Positions 32,392 through 42,043 of a stretch of DNA of 64,000 nt are shown here, piece after piece. This DNA comes from a bacterium (GTDB lineage Archaea; Thermoplasmatota; E2; JACPAO01; JAHFTW01): assembly GCA_040390065.1 (NCBI GenBank), contig JAZJZE010000005.1:181160-245159 (forward strand), written 5' to 3'. The position numbers were made by a program, and so were the translations under genes. The notes under the pieces are model-generated. The model was not told the DNA's origin and searched no databases. It was given only the letters and a program-made list of their open reading frames with translations. Within the stretch, counting starts at the first letter, position 1. Each line of letters opens with the position of its first letter.

Positions 32392-32661
32392 TCAGACGAG
32401 GTCGGGGTGAATGACAGGCCCGGCCCCAGCCCCTGCGGAACGCTTCAACGGGAGCTCAATCGTGACGGTGGCCCCTTGTTCGGGGCCGGGACTTTCGATG
32501 CGGATGGTTCCACCGTGCGCGTCCACGATGACTTTGGACAGGTGCAGGCCAAGTCCGCTTCCTTGTTGGCGGCCTTCGTGGACTTGCCCGAATGGCTCGA
32601 AGAGGCGATCAAGTTGTTCGCGATTCATGCCTCGTCCCGTGTCGTGGACGACCGGTTGGGC
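32392..32661 (-). pseudogene. histidine kinase HATPase 3' remnant; inverted copy of 54552-54821
   Basis: DTGRGM…LFEPFGQ…GSGLGL…IHPDLV*; about 21 mismatches in 270 bp by manual alignment. Confidence 0.85.
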
Positions 32662-32856
32662 TGGATGCTGTCCCCCTGTTGCTGGCGGATTGCATCGCGA
32701 AGGGTTCGATGTCGCTCGGAGCACTTTTTCGCGCGTCGGGAAGCGTGCCGGTAGCCGTAGCCCCGCGGCCCAAGGGGATGTTGTCCGATTCCGTCAGTCA
32801 GGCCGGCGCTGGTTCGATGCTTCTGCGGGATGATGGACCTGTGGAGCAAAACCCAC

Positions 32857-33270
32857 ATGGCCACCCAAACCACGACCAACAACGCTGCTTCCGTCAAGGA
32901 CCTCATCGCGGAGGCCCGCACGCATATCGACAACCTAGCCTGCCCGGCGATGGCACAGGCCCTTGAGGCACCAGACGTCCTGCTGGTCGACCTGCGGGAA
33001 CCCGCCGAGCGCGCGCAGAACGGAACCATCCCCGGGGCCCTAGCTGCGCCGCGCGGGATGCTGGAATTCTACGCCGATCCCTCGATGCCATACTACAAGC
33101 CGGAATTCCAGCGCTCCCGCCGCATCCTGCTGTACTGCGCCTCGGGCGGCCGTTCCGCTCTCGCCGGCGCTAGCCTGCGTCGCCTCGGATACGACCGTGT
33201 TGCGAGCCTCGATGGCGGCTTCAAGGCCTGGGTTGAGTCCGGCCACGAGGTCGCCCCGGTCCAAGCATGA
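32857..33270 (+). CDS. rhodanese-like sulfurtransferase
   Basis: LVDLREPAE…GTIPGA…YCASGGRSA…LDGGFKAW. Confidence 0.92.
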   Translation: MATQTTTNNAASVKDLIAEARTHIDNLACPAMAQALEAPDVLLVDLREPAERAQNGTIPGALAAPRGMLEFYADPSMPYYKPEFQRSRRILLYCASGGRSALAGASLRRLGYDRVASLDGGFKAWVESGHEVAPVQA

Positions 33271-33335
33271 GCCCGGCCGTGCCAGAAGCGGCTGGGCCGC
33301 GAAGGCGTTATCCCGAAGACTGTATCTGAGGCACC

Positions 33336-34316
33336 GTGGACGCAATCGATGTCGGGATCCTGCGAGCGATGGGCGTCCGTCCCTATGAGCGGACGCCCAA
33401 GCCGCTGGATGCCCTACAGCCGGCCCGCATCGCGCGCGTGACCGGCTCCAGCGTCAACACGGTGAAGGACCGCATCGCCCGGATGACCGAGCGTGGCGTC
33501 ATCGCCGGTTACCAAGCCGTCCCCAACCTGCGCCACCTTGGCTTGCAAGGTGAAGCGTACCACCTGAAGTTCACGAGCGATGCCGCCAAGGACAAAGCGA
33601 TGCCCCGGCTCCTCGCCGTCAATGGTCTCCTGGAACTGCACGACTTTCTTGGCCAAGGCGCCTGCGCAGACTTCGCCTTCAAGGACGACGCTGAGTTGCG
33701 GCGGACCCTCGCAACCATCTCAGCAGGGTCCCAAGACGGAGCACCGCGCCACTTCTACAGCCGCGAGATGCCCGACGTCAGGCGGTCCCTCACGCCGCTC
33801 GATTGGCGCATCGTGCAAGCCCTGCGCGCCGACCCGCGCGCAACACCTGCCGACCTGGCACCCATCGTCGGTGTCAGCACGCGCACCGTGAAGCGGCACT
33901 TGACGCGCATGGCCGCCGAGGGCAGCCTCTTCCTCGTCCCGATACTCGACCCGAGCAAGGCGGACGGGGTCTTCCTCTTCGAGCTCCTGGTCTATCTGCG
34001 CGATGGGACGGGGCCGCGACCAATGGCGGCGCTGCGCGCGGCGTTCCATGCCGAACACGTGTATGCCTACGTGCCAGCATCGGCAGAACTCGGCAACTTC
34101 GACCTCCTGTTGTTCGCCCGCACGAGCGCCGAGGTCGAGGCATTGCGGCGGCGCGCCGAGCAAGTCGACGGGGTTGTCCGCGCCGAGGCGTGGCTGTTCC
34201 GCGCATTCCTGGGCTTCCCTGCCTGGATGGACGCCGCCATCGAGAAGGCGGCCCGTGCCGTGGAAGCACCACCAGCGGTTGTGCCGCCCAAGACCCGGCG
34301 CCCCCGGAGGTCCTGA
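33336..34316 (+). CDS. Lrp/AsnC-type regulator with two wHTH modules
   Basis: TVKDRIARMTERGVI and LTPLDWRIVQALRADPR…VGVSTRTVKRHL; paralogue of 24529-25458. Confidence 0.8.
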   Translation: MDAIDVGILRAMGVRPYERTPKPLDALQPARIARVTGSSVNTVKDRIARMTERGVIAGYQAVPNLRHLGLQGEAYHLKFTSDAAKDKAMPRLLAVNGLLELHDFLGQGACADFAFKDDAELRRTLATISAGSQDGAPRHFYSREMPDVRRSLTPLDWRIVQALRADPRATPADLAPIVGVSTRTVKRHLTRMAAEGSLFLVPILDPSKADGVFLFELLVYLRDGTGPRPMAALRAAFHAEHVYAYVPASAELGNFDLLLFARTSAEVEALRRRAEQVDGVVRAEAWLFRAFLGFPAWMDAAIEKAARAVEAPPAVVPPKTRRPRRS

Positions 34317-34317
34317 A

Positions 34318-35090
34318 TTGGCTCGCGCCTTGGTCCTCGGCGCCGGATTCGGCGGCATCAGCGCCGCCCTTGAGTTGCGCCGATTGCTTGACCCCGAACA
34401 CGAGGTCGTCCTCGTGGACGACTCCGCAAGCTTCCGGATGGGCGTGGGCAACCTGTGGATCCTCGATGGCCGCCGCAAGATTGGCGAAGGGGTGCGTCCC
34501 CTGGCCTTGCTTGGCGCCAAGGGCATCCAGGTGCGACGCGGGCGAGTGGACCGCATCGACGTGGCGGCCCGCAGCGCCGTAGTGGACGGCAAGGAACTGG
34601 CCTCCGATGGCATCATCATCGCATTGGGAGCCCGTTTGGCACCGGAGGCGACGCCCGGATTCGCCTCGACGCACAACTTGTACGAGGCGTCGGGGGCGGC
34701 CTCCTTCGCGCAAGCCCTTCAGAGCTTCGCGGGCGGACGAGTCCTCATCCAGGTCTGCGGGCTGCCCTTCCGTTGCCCGCCGGCACCCTACGAAGCAGCT
34801 CTCATCGCGGCCGACGTGCTCAAGCGGCGCGGCGTCAAGGCCGAGATCCACCTTGCCACGCCGGAACCACACCCTCTGCCTGTAGCGCCGCCCGAGTTCG
34901 GAAACCGCCTCCTCCCGCATCTCCAGGCGGCAGGCATCACGTACCATCCCGGATGCAGGCCAACGGAATTCGAGGGCGGACGAGTCGCATGGGAGAATGG
35001 CGGCACGCAAGCCTTCGACCTAGCGGCGGCCGTTGCGGTCCACCAGGCCCCAACCGTCGTCGCCACCACGGGGCTCGCAGGGCCCTCCTT
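34318..35090 (+). pseudogene. 3'-truncated sulfide:quinone oxidoreductase / FCSD-family flavoprotein
   Basis: ggagg RBS + TTG; VLGAGFGG, IIALGA, FRCPPAPYE. Homology ends at GLAGPS; no second FAD motif (T…V.AIGD); frame then reads integrase antisense to 35361. Confidence 0.75.
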
Positions 35091-36227
35091 CATCTCGCGT
35101 TCCCGGCGCGAGGGGAGCATCTTCTCCGCTTCGGGCGTAAGAGGGGCACCGCACGGCTTGCAGAAGAGAGCCTCAGCCCGATTCTCCTTTTCGCAGCGGG
35201 CGCACTTGAGCGGTCGGAGGCCCATGTCCTCGGCGCTCTTGGGAACCTTGACTCCCCACGATGCCAAGAGTCGCGTTTGGGCGTCATCGCGTGAGAGGTG
35301 GACGTACGTGGCGCTTTGCTCGCTGGTGTCGCTCCAGCCATACACGAGATTCATCGCTTGACCATCGAGGCCGCGCTTGGCTGCCGCGGTGGCGGAAGTA
35401 TGCCTGAAAAGGTGCGGATAGACCCGCTTCTTGATGCCCGCTTCCTTGGCGACGCGCTTGACGAGGGCGTACGCAGTCTGGTAGCCCATTCGGGCGTGCA
35501 TGTTCCGGTTGCTCTTCGAGTAGCACAAGGGCGCGTCGGGATCGGTGCGCATCTGGTGGTCCTCGAGCCAATCTTTGAGGTGCTCGGCGGCCTTGAAGAT
35601 GCGAAGCGGGCGCGCCCCCGTCTTCAGCCCGTCGGCGTCTTCCGGCATGCGCAGCAGGTAACCGAATGCGTCTGGCTCGACACCGCCCATGTCGACGCTC
35701 AACAGTTCCTCGGCCCGAGGGCCGGCCTCGTACAGTCCAGCGATGATGAAGCGCTCCTGGCTGTCGCGGCACTTGCGCAGCATCGCCACGAGTTCCTCGG
35801 GCGTAATGAGGTCCTCTTGCCGCAGTCGCTTCTTCGACGGGCGCGAGACCTTGAAGCGCTCGAACTCGGGTGGCGTCTCCTTCTCGTCCAACTTGTGGAG
35901 CCACCGGAAGAAGGCTCGCAAAACGATGTAGGTCTTGTAACGGGTGCCCTCCGCCTTGTGGGAGATGCTGGCGAAGAACGCCACGACGTCTTCCCGCTTC
36001 AGGCGCCGCACCGAGCGGCTTCCGACCCACCGGCCGAACCGGCTGAACTCGTCGGCGTCCGCGCCGAGCGTGCTGCCGTCCAGTTTCTTGCCGCCCGCCT
36101 TGCGCTCGGTCAGGTAGGTCTCGAACTCCTTGCGGTTCGGCTTGTGGTTCACCAGATTTAGGTGGTCCATTGCGACGCCCCAGAGCTTGTCTGCGGGCAG
36201 TTTCGTGTAGTAACTCAACGGGGTCAT
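34788..36227 (-). CDS. tyrosine recombinase/integrase with C-terminal Zn ribbon (3' end fused to SQR antisense)
   Basis: GPRAEELL, LKTG, YPHLFRH, GW, ATYVHL; CARC…CKPC; gaggag RBS. Confidence 0.9.
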   Translation of the reverse strand: MTPLSYYTKLPADKLWGVAMDHLNLVNHKPNRKEFETYLTERKAGGKKLDGSTLGADADEFSRFGRWVGSRSVRRLKREDVVAFFASISHKAEGTRYKTYIVLRAFFRWLHKLDEKETPPEFERFKVSRPSKKRLRQEDLITPEELVAMLRKCRDSQERFIIAGLYEAGPRAEELLSVDMGGVEPDAFGYLLRMPEDADGLKTGARPLRIFKAAEHLKDWLEDHQMRTDPDAPLCYSKSNRNMHARMGYQTAYALVKRVAKEAGIKKRVYPHLFRHTSATAAAKRGLDGQAMNLVYGWSDTSEQSATYVHLSRDDAQTRLLASWGVKVPKSAEDMGLRPLKCARCEKENRAEALFCKPCGAPLTPEAEKMLPSRREREMKEGPASPVVATTVGAWWTATAAARSKACVPPFSHATRPPSNSVGLHPGWYVMPAAWRCGRRRFPNSGGATGRGCGSGVARWISALTPRRLSTSAAMRAAS

Positions 36228-36357
36228 CTCCTCAGATGGCCCATATGAAGGTTCCACGCCCGTTCCCATCGGGAAAAGCGATTTGATTCAGGGTTAATAG
36301 CGGGGATACGACCCCCCTCTATCACAGTCCATACCGCCCCCTTCAGGAGGCGGCGTG

Positions 36358-36657
36358 ATGACCGAAGTTACCACGAAGCTCATCGGTCCCGGCTGGGTCC
36401 TCGTAGCCGCCGGGGCAGTGTTGGCGGGTTCGGCGTACTTCCGGGTTACGCCTGCATGGCCCGTCGCCATCCCGTTCGCCATGGTGCTTGTCGAAGCGGC
36501 ACTTGTTCTTCCCTTCGTCCTCCGGAATGCGGCTGCCGGCTCCAAGGCACTTGAGATTCAAGTGCAGCGACTCGCCCGGCGGTCCAAATTAGACCGCCTG
36601 GTCGACCTACAGGACGCGCCAAGCGAGACGCATGAGGGAGGCGACGTCAATGAGTGA
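36358..36657 (+). CDS. small 2-TM membrane protein
   Basis: ggagg RBS; two hydrophobic helices; overlaps next start. Confidence 0.55.
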   Translation: MTEVTTKLIGPGWVLVAAGAVLAGSAYFRVTPAWPVAIPFAMVLVEAALVLPFVLRNAAAGSKALEIQVQRLARRSKLDRLVDLQDAPSETHEGGDVNE

Positions 36658-37063
36658 CCCCCCAACTTCCACCGCGGTTCCCTCGATGACAACGGACCGG
36701 TACTGGATCCAGGCCTGGGCCCCGCAGGCGGACCGGAACGGCGGCCCAAGGGTTGGCAAGTGGATTGTCACGGTGGACGAGGCAGACCTCGATGCGGCAT
36801 GGCGCACGGTGAAATCAGCGCTCCAGGCGGGCACGCTTGGCCCGTCCGCCAAAGCCCGGACGTCTGTTCCTCTTCCCTTCATCCAGGCCGACGGTAAGTC
36901 GGTGATCTGCGTCTACACGCATGACTTCCAGGACGTGCGCGATCGGGAACGCATAGGGCATGCACTTGTGCGATTGGGGTTCGGCCATCTGGGTTACAAG
37001 ACGGACGAGCAAAGCCTGCGCGACTGGCAGCAGGAATGCGGCACGCGTTGGGGCTGGTGCTGA
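36650..37063 (+). CDS. DUF1917 (eIF4E-like fold) protein
   Basis: GKW…DAAWRTV…AK…VICVYTHDFQD…LGF..LGYKTD. Confidence 0.8.
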   Translation: MSDPPTSTAVPSMTTDRYWIQAWAPQADRNGGPRVGKWIVTVDEADLDAAWRTVKSALQAGTLGPSAKARTSVPLPFIQADGKSVICVYTHDFQDVRDRERIGHALVRLGFGHLGYKTDEQSLRDWQQECGTRWGWC

Positions 37064-37064
37064 C

Positions 37065-38219
37065 ATGTCCTTCTTCAGTTGCAAGAGCCGTGACGACTGC
37101 TGGAAGTACTTCGACCGCCACCTCGAGGCCATCGAGCCAGGAAAGCGGACCAGTGCCCGCGCGTACCTGCTGGAGCGCGAAGAAAACGTGGAGCTCGGAA
37201 CCATCGGCAGCTACCTGACCCACATCAAGGCCTTCGGCATCTACCTAGCGGAAAAGCCGTGGAAAGACGCGACGCGCGACGACGTCATTGGGCACATCAA
37301 GTCGGCCGCCGGCCGCCAGGGCCGCGTTGGCCGCCGTCACCCGAAGAACGGACAATCCCTGGGCCAGTACACCAAGTATCAGCGCATGGTGATGTTGCGC
37401 GAATTCTACAAGTGGCTGTACGAAACGGACGAAATGCCCCAGCAGTTCCGCCGCATGCCGTTCAGCAAGCCCAGCATGGAGGAGCAGTCGCAAGCCCGCG
37501 AGGACCGCCTTACACAGCCCGAGATCATGGACATGCTGGCGGCGACACAGGACAAGATGGAGCGGGCGTTGGTGATGCTCCTCCTGGATTCCGGCTTCCG
37601 TGCCGGTGAGGCGGCTGCCTTGGATATCCGCGACGTCACCTTCGACGACGTGGGCGCCAAGATCATGCACTCGCGAGAAGCAAAGGGCCTCAAGACCGCG
37701 CGGCGCAGGGTACCCACCAGGGTGACGCTCGCGGCGCCGTACCTTCGCGACTGGATTGCCATCCATCCGCGCCGCCTCCACCTGGACTCCCCAATCTTTG
37801 TCAGCCGGAGCAATCGCAACCACCTGGAACGCTTGGGCTCCGCGGGCGTGTGGAGCATCATCACGGTCCTCGCCCGCAAAGCGAAGTGCCGCCACATCCA
37901 CCCCCACATGTTCCGCCACACGGCGGCCAGCATGCGCGCGGGGGATGGCTGGAACGAGGAGATGTTGCGCCTCCACTTCGGATGGTCAAAGGGGAGCGAC
38001 ATGCCCAGTCTGTATGCACACGTCGAGCAGGACTATGACTCGTTCGCGCTGCGGCGCGCCGGCCTGCCTGTCCCAGTGAGCAAGGCGCAGTGGACCCTGC
38101 AATGCCGCAACTGCAAGGTGGACAGCCCCGGGGATGCCTACTTCTGTGGCGGATGCGGCCGGCAACTCCACGAGGCCGACGCGCGCAAACCAACAGGCGA
38201 GCCGGCGGAGGTGGGTTGA
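37065..38219 (+). CDS. tyrosine recombinase/integrase with C-terminal Zn ribbon
   Basis: SGFRAGEA, LKT, IHPHMFRH, FGW, SLYAH; CRNC…CGGC. Confidence 0.92.
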   Translation: MSFFSCKSRDDCWKYFDRHLEAIEPGKRTSARAYLLEREENVELGTIGSYLTHIKAFGIYLAEKPWKDATRDDVIGHIKSAAGRQGRVGRRHPKNGQSLGQYTKYQRMVMLREFYKWLYETDEMPQQFRRMPFSKPSMEEQSQAREDRLTQPEIMDMLAATQDKMERALVMLLLDSGFRAGEAAALDIRDVTFDDVGAKIMHSREAKGLKTARRRVPTRVTLAAPYLRDWIAIHPRRLHLDSPIFVSRSNRNHLERLGSAGVWSIITVLARKAKCRHIHPHMFRHTAASMRAGDGWNEEMLRLHFGWSKGSDMPSLYAHVEQDYDSFALRRAGLPVPVSKAQWTLQCRNCKVDSPGDAYFCGGCGRQLHEADARKPTGEPAEVG

Positions 38220-39050
38220 ATGGCCTTCCGCCCTCTGAGCACGCGTGACGCTGACGCGGTTCGCATCCTGCATGTCAGCGACCCTCACTACGACTTCCAT
38301 CCCGTCGAAATCCGAGAAGCGGTGCTGTCGTCAATTGAGCGCGCAGACTTCGATGTCGTCGCTTGCACGGGCGACATCGCGAACTCAGAGAATAACTGCG
38401 CCGAATTTCTGGGCTGGTTCAGTGATGTCAAAGCACCGAAATTCTTGACTCCTGGAAACCACGATTTGTGGTGGATTCGCAAGCCTGCCACGGCGGAACG
38501 CCACGCCGGGGAAAGGAACGCCGACGGCTTCTGGGGTCATGCTGCCCGGGCGGGATGGCTAACCCCGAATCCGGACAAGCTTTGGGACGTGGTCCAGAAC
38601 GTGTTGATGTTCAACGTGTTCTACACGCCAAACCCGGCTTGGGACCACATCCCGCCCTCAAGGTACTCCCGTGGGCGGGGAGGCAACGATCCAATGTACT
38701 CCGCGGATTGCCGGCAGATGTTCGGATTTCGCGACCTCTTCAAGGACCCCGGCTCGCCCGGCAAGGAATCCCTCCCTTCCGTGGCCTGGAGCATGGGCCA
38801 CTTGAGTCCTTCGGACATGATTCCCTCCTTCTTCCCCCCACAGGTCTGCTTCGTGAACAACCGGATCGGAGAGCTCGCGAAGGCGCACGGGAGCCTCCTC
38901 CACCTGTTTGGGCACACTCATGAGGCCCGGGATGTCGAAGTGGGAAGATTGCGCTGCGTGAATCATTCATGGGTGGACGCTCAGTATGATGTGAATCTGC
39001 CCAGGGAAGGTCTCGTGGTGCGCAGTGCCGTTCGGAGGCTGGACTCTTGA
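38220..39050 (+). CDS. calcineurin-like metallophosphoesterase
   Basis: SDPH, TGDI, PGNHD, GHTHE motifs. Confidence 0.88.
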   Translation: MAFRPLSTRDADAVRILHVSDPHYDFHPVEIREAVLSSIERADFDVVACTGDIANSENNCAEFLGWFSDVKAPKFLTPGNHDLWWIRKPATAERHAGERNADGFWGHAARAGWLTPNPDKLWDVVQNVLMFNVFYTPNPAWDHIPPSRYSRGRGGNDPMYSADCRQMFGFRDLFKDPGSPGKESLPSVAWSMGHLSPSDMIPSFFPPQVCFVNNRIGELAKAHGSLLHLFGHTHEARDVEVGRLRCVNHSWVDAQYDVNLPREGLVVRSAVRRLDS

Positions 39051-39448
39051 GCCGTACGTCGCGGCGGGCTGGGCCAACCTGCGCATGGCACCCGGATGCC
39101 GACGTCATGGAATGCCGTGCGGACGACTGCGCGTTCCAGTACATCTGCCTCGCAGACCAGCCTCATCACATCGACGATCCACCGCGCGTGGAACCGAAGG
39201 TCCACGACCCGGCAAGGCAGCTGCGCCTCTTCATGCGAGCGTTGGACAGGTGGTTCTCCAAGAATACCGAACTACCAAGTGGCCCCCGGTTTCGCTGCCC
39301 GGACTGCGGTCACGGAATGTTCTCCAGGTGGCGGTCCGCTGGGGATTCCGTGAAGCTCGGGTGTTACGGGTGCGGCCTCGAGACCGACGTGCCCCGTCCG
39401 CGAGGCACGGCATGGCCGGGTCCGGAGCGGAAGAAGGCCAGGCCTTGA
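39047..39448 (+). CDS. Cys-rich (Zn-finger-like) hypothetical protein
   Basis: CPDC and CYGC pairs plus N-terminal Cys/His; overlaps upstream stop. Confidence 0.5.
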   Translation: MSRTSRRAGPTCAWHPDADVMECRADDCAFQYICLADQPHHIDDPPRVEPKVHDPARQLRLFMRALDRWFSKNTELPSGPRFRCPDCGHGMFSRWRSAGDSVKLGCYGCGLETDVPRPRGTAWPGPERKKARP

Positions 39449-39648
39449 TGCAGCCCATGAACGAGCCGGCAGCCAACCCCACTACGGTTATCGACTTCCG
39501 GCCGGTCAAGCGTGCCGCCGCGGAACGGTACCGACCAGACCATCCGCTCCGCCGAGTCATCGAAATGGAACCGGACGTGGTACCGCGCACGGAGGCCGCC
39601 GTCCTCATTGTGGAGTTGCTGAGGCTCACCATGCGGCTGGCACCGTGA
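39448..39648 (+). CDS. small hypothetical protein
   Basis: TGATG coupling; DHPLRRVIEMEPD helical motif. Confidence 0.5.
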   Translation: MQPMNEPAANPTTVIDFRPVKRAAAERYRPDHPLRRVIEMEPDVVPRTEAAVLIVELLRLTMRLAP

Positions 39649-40058
39649 GATGTGGCGTCGAACACCAACGACCGTCCGACAGTAAGAAAAACGTATCATG
39701 GACGTGGCAGGCCGATCCGACGTCTCCTTCGCCGCGCAAGGCACCGACGCAGCGAGGCTGTCATGGAACGGTTTCCGGAGCCTAATATACCCACCAGATG
39801 AGTTACCCCCCGCCGACCGGGCGTTTCCTAGGGTCGCCGAAGGCGTCTTGAAGGAGCGCTCTTGTCGGCACCCACGGTGAACGTCATGGCCCCCCCGCAA
39901 TACAGCGTTCCCAGCGCGGCCGAAGTGCGCCGCATCTTGCAGGAAAACCAGGCCGAGCGCGACGCCCATGCCGAGGCCCTTGAGCGCCAACTCGCTGTGT
40001 CGGAAGACACCCTTAAGCTGCGCTTCCGCCTGTAGGGAGTGCACCGTGGTTGCCGGAC

Positions 40059-41594
40059 ATGTTAAGGGCCGTTCCGTTTGATCCAACCACGATTCTCGAC
40101 ATCGTAGCGAGCCACTACAAGGAGAAGACCGGGAAAGAAGTGCCGCACCCGCTGCGAACGCGATCGCGCTGCGCCGGGAAGCGCCAATTGGCGGCGATCA
40201 TCAAGCACGTCGCGTCGCTCGACTGTCGCGTCATTGTGATTGAGGATCCGTACGTCGACCGCGATTTCCTCGAGGACTTTTCTGCCTACTACGGCAAGGC
40301 GTATCGGCACTACCCTCGGTACTGCCGCAGGCTTCACTTCTTTTCGCATCCGGTTACGGAGGCCACGTTCCAGGACTTTCTGGACAAGGACGAGCCCACC
40401 ACGGCCGACGTGCTCCAGTCAGGGTACCTCGGGTTCACCGTCCTGCGTCCCTTGCCGGGCACATTCATCGGCCGCACGTGCCTCCGTCCCGGCAATGATG
40501 GCGCCAACCGTTTCCACAGCGCCTTCATGCGACCCTATGAAGTCAACCTCGCCGGGCGCCAATTTCGTGTCGATGCCCTAGCGTTCCAAGAGCAAGACCG
40601 CACCGTCGCCGCCTGCGCGACCAGCGCGGTTTGGACGGCACTGCACAAAGCTGGCCTAACGTTTGGCGTAAAGGTGCCCACTCCCAGCGAGATTACGCAC
40701 CTTGCGATGCGAGACGGACCGCGGCGCGCCCTTCCCAGCGATGGCCTTACGGTTCCCGAAATCAGTCACGCCATCCGTCGCAGCGGCCTGGAAGTGGAGA
40801 TTCGTGACCGCGTTCTCGACCTCAAGGCCTTAGCCCACGGCTACGGCCAATTCGGCATCCCCATCATCCTCGGACTTGACTTGTTCCAGGAGCATGGAAA
40901 TTCCAACCGCCGCCTCGGAATGCACGCCGTCACCGTAACGGGCTTTGCCACGACGGACAAGGGACCCGCGGGCGAATCGTTTTCTGACCGCATCACAGGG
41001 TTCTACTTCCATGATGACCAGGCAGGCCCGTACTGCCATGGAGCCCTCACACTTCGCCACGAGAAGCATGCCGAAACCGGCGAGGACCTGGCGTTCTGGG
41101 TCCTCGACACCGATTTCCCCACGGCGCGGGGAAAGGTCGTAGGGGTCGTCCAGACCGTCATCATACCGGTCGACGACATGATCCGGATCCAATACGAGGA
41201 CGCAGAACGCATGGCAGCCGCGTTCCGACACGTACTCCTTCCCGTCGTTCCGGCCGGGATGTTCGAATGGGAAATCCGGCTATGCAATGTAAACGAGGCC
41301 CGATCGGTAATCGGGCGCAAAATTCCTGGACCCCATCGGGCGCGTTTCCTGCAACGAAACCTGCCTCGTTTCATGTGGCGAGTGACAGCTCGCCACCAAG
41401 GCCAGCCAACCCTTGACTTGGTATTGGATGGCACAGACATCAGGCGTGCCTTCTTCGTGACCGACCTCATCATCTACGATGCGGCGCTTCGTGAAGCCGT
41501 CGCAAAGTACATTGCGGTCGCCGAAAACCGGAAGACCATCGAGGATACGAGCGAATGGGGCGCGGACTGGCTGGCGACCTTGGAGAAGGCTTAG
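40059..41594 (+). CDS. papain-fold (C39-like) cysteine peptidase domain protein
   Basis: FQEQD…ACATSAVW (Gln/Cys), MHAVTVTGF (His), YFHDDQAGPY (Asp). Confidence 0.72.
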   Translation: MLRAVPFDPTTILDIVASHYKEKTGKEVPHPLRTRSRCAGKRQLAAIIKHVASLDCRVIVIEDPYVDRDFLEDFSAYYGKAYRHYPRYCRRLHFFSHPVTEATFQDFLDKDEPTTADVLQSGYLGFTVLRPLPGTFIGRTCLRPGNDGANRFHSAFMRPYEVNLAGRQFRVDALAFQEQDRTVAACATSAVWTALHKAGLTFGVKVPTPSEITHLAMRDGPRRALPSDGLTVPEISHAIRRSGLEVEIRDRVLDLKALAHGYGQFGIPIILGLDLFQEHGNSNRRLGMHAVTVTGFATTDKGPAGESFSDRITGFYFHDDQAGPYCHGALTLRHEKHAETGEDLAFWVLDTDFPTARGKVVGVVQTVIIPVDDMIRIQYEDAERMAAAFRHVLLPVVPAGMFEWEIRLCNVNEARSVIGRKIPGPHRARFLQRNLPRFMWRVTARHQGQPTLDLVLDGTDIRRAFFVTDLIIYDAALREAVAKYIAVAENRKTIEDTSEWGADWLATLEKA

Positions 41595-42043
41595 TCGCGC
41601 CGCGCATTGATGGCGAATTCCGGGTAAGTGGCGTATACGTGGTCCAATAAGCGAGGAAGCGGTTCGTAGCGATACCGCTCGACGACGCTGCGGACGGCTT
41701 CGCTTTCTTCGGCGAACCTCTCCGAAAGGCGCCGGGCTTCCTCCTGGCCCTTCGCCGTCAGCTCACAGGAGGCCGTTGCCATGGTTTGGCCCTTCTGCTG
41801 GTACAGATATGGGTCCCGCGCCAGAATTAGTTCCCTCTCGAGTTGATCCACCTCCCCGGAGAGGTCCTGGGAAAACGGCCCATAGAGGTACGGTTCGAAG
41901 TGGAACGTCGACGCAAGCGGCGAGACCCCGCTTTCACGTTGCACGAGGTACACCAGTTTTTGCAGCTTCGTCTTGCCACTGATTTTTCCCGCGTGAAGGG
42001 CAACCAGCAGGAGCAGGCGTTGGCGTTCGCGATGGTCGCTCAT
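41591..42043 (-). CDS. Panacea/SocA (DUF4065)/YwgA-like wHTH protein
   Basis: GKTKLQKLVYL…FEPYLYGPFS.DL…L..HVYATYPE. Confidence 0.78.
   Translation of the reverse strand: MSDHRERQRLLLLVALHAGKISGKTKLQKLVYLVQRESGVSPLASTFHFEPYLYGPFSQDLSGEVDQLERELILARDPYLYQQKGQTMATASCELTAKGQEEARRLSERFAEESEAVRSVVERYRYEPLPRLLDHVYATYPEFAINARRD

Noticed and set aside
32857-35090. Rhodanese and SQR as a sulfide supply for neighbouring Thi4
   Set aside because: Thi4 is Cys-type, SQR is truncated, and gene remnants separate the clusters.
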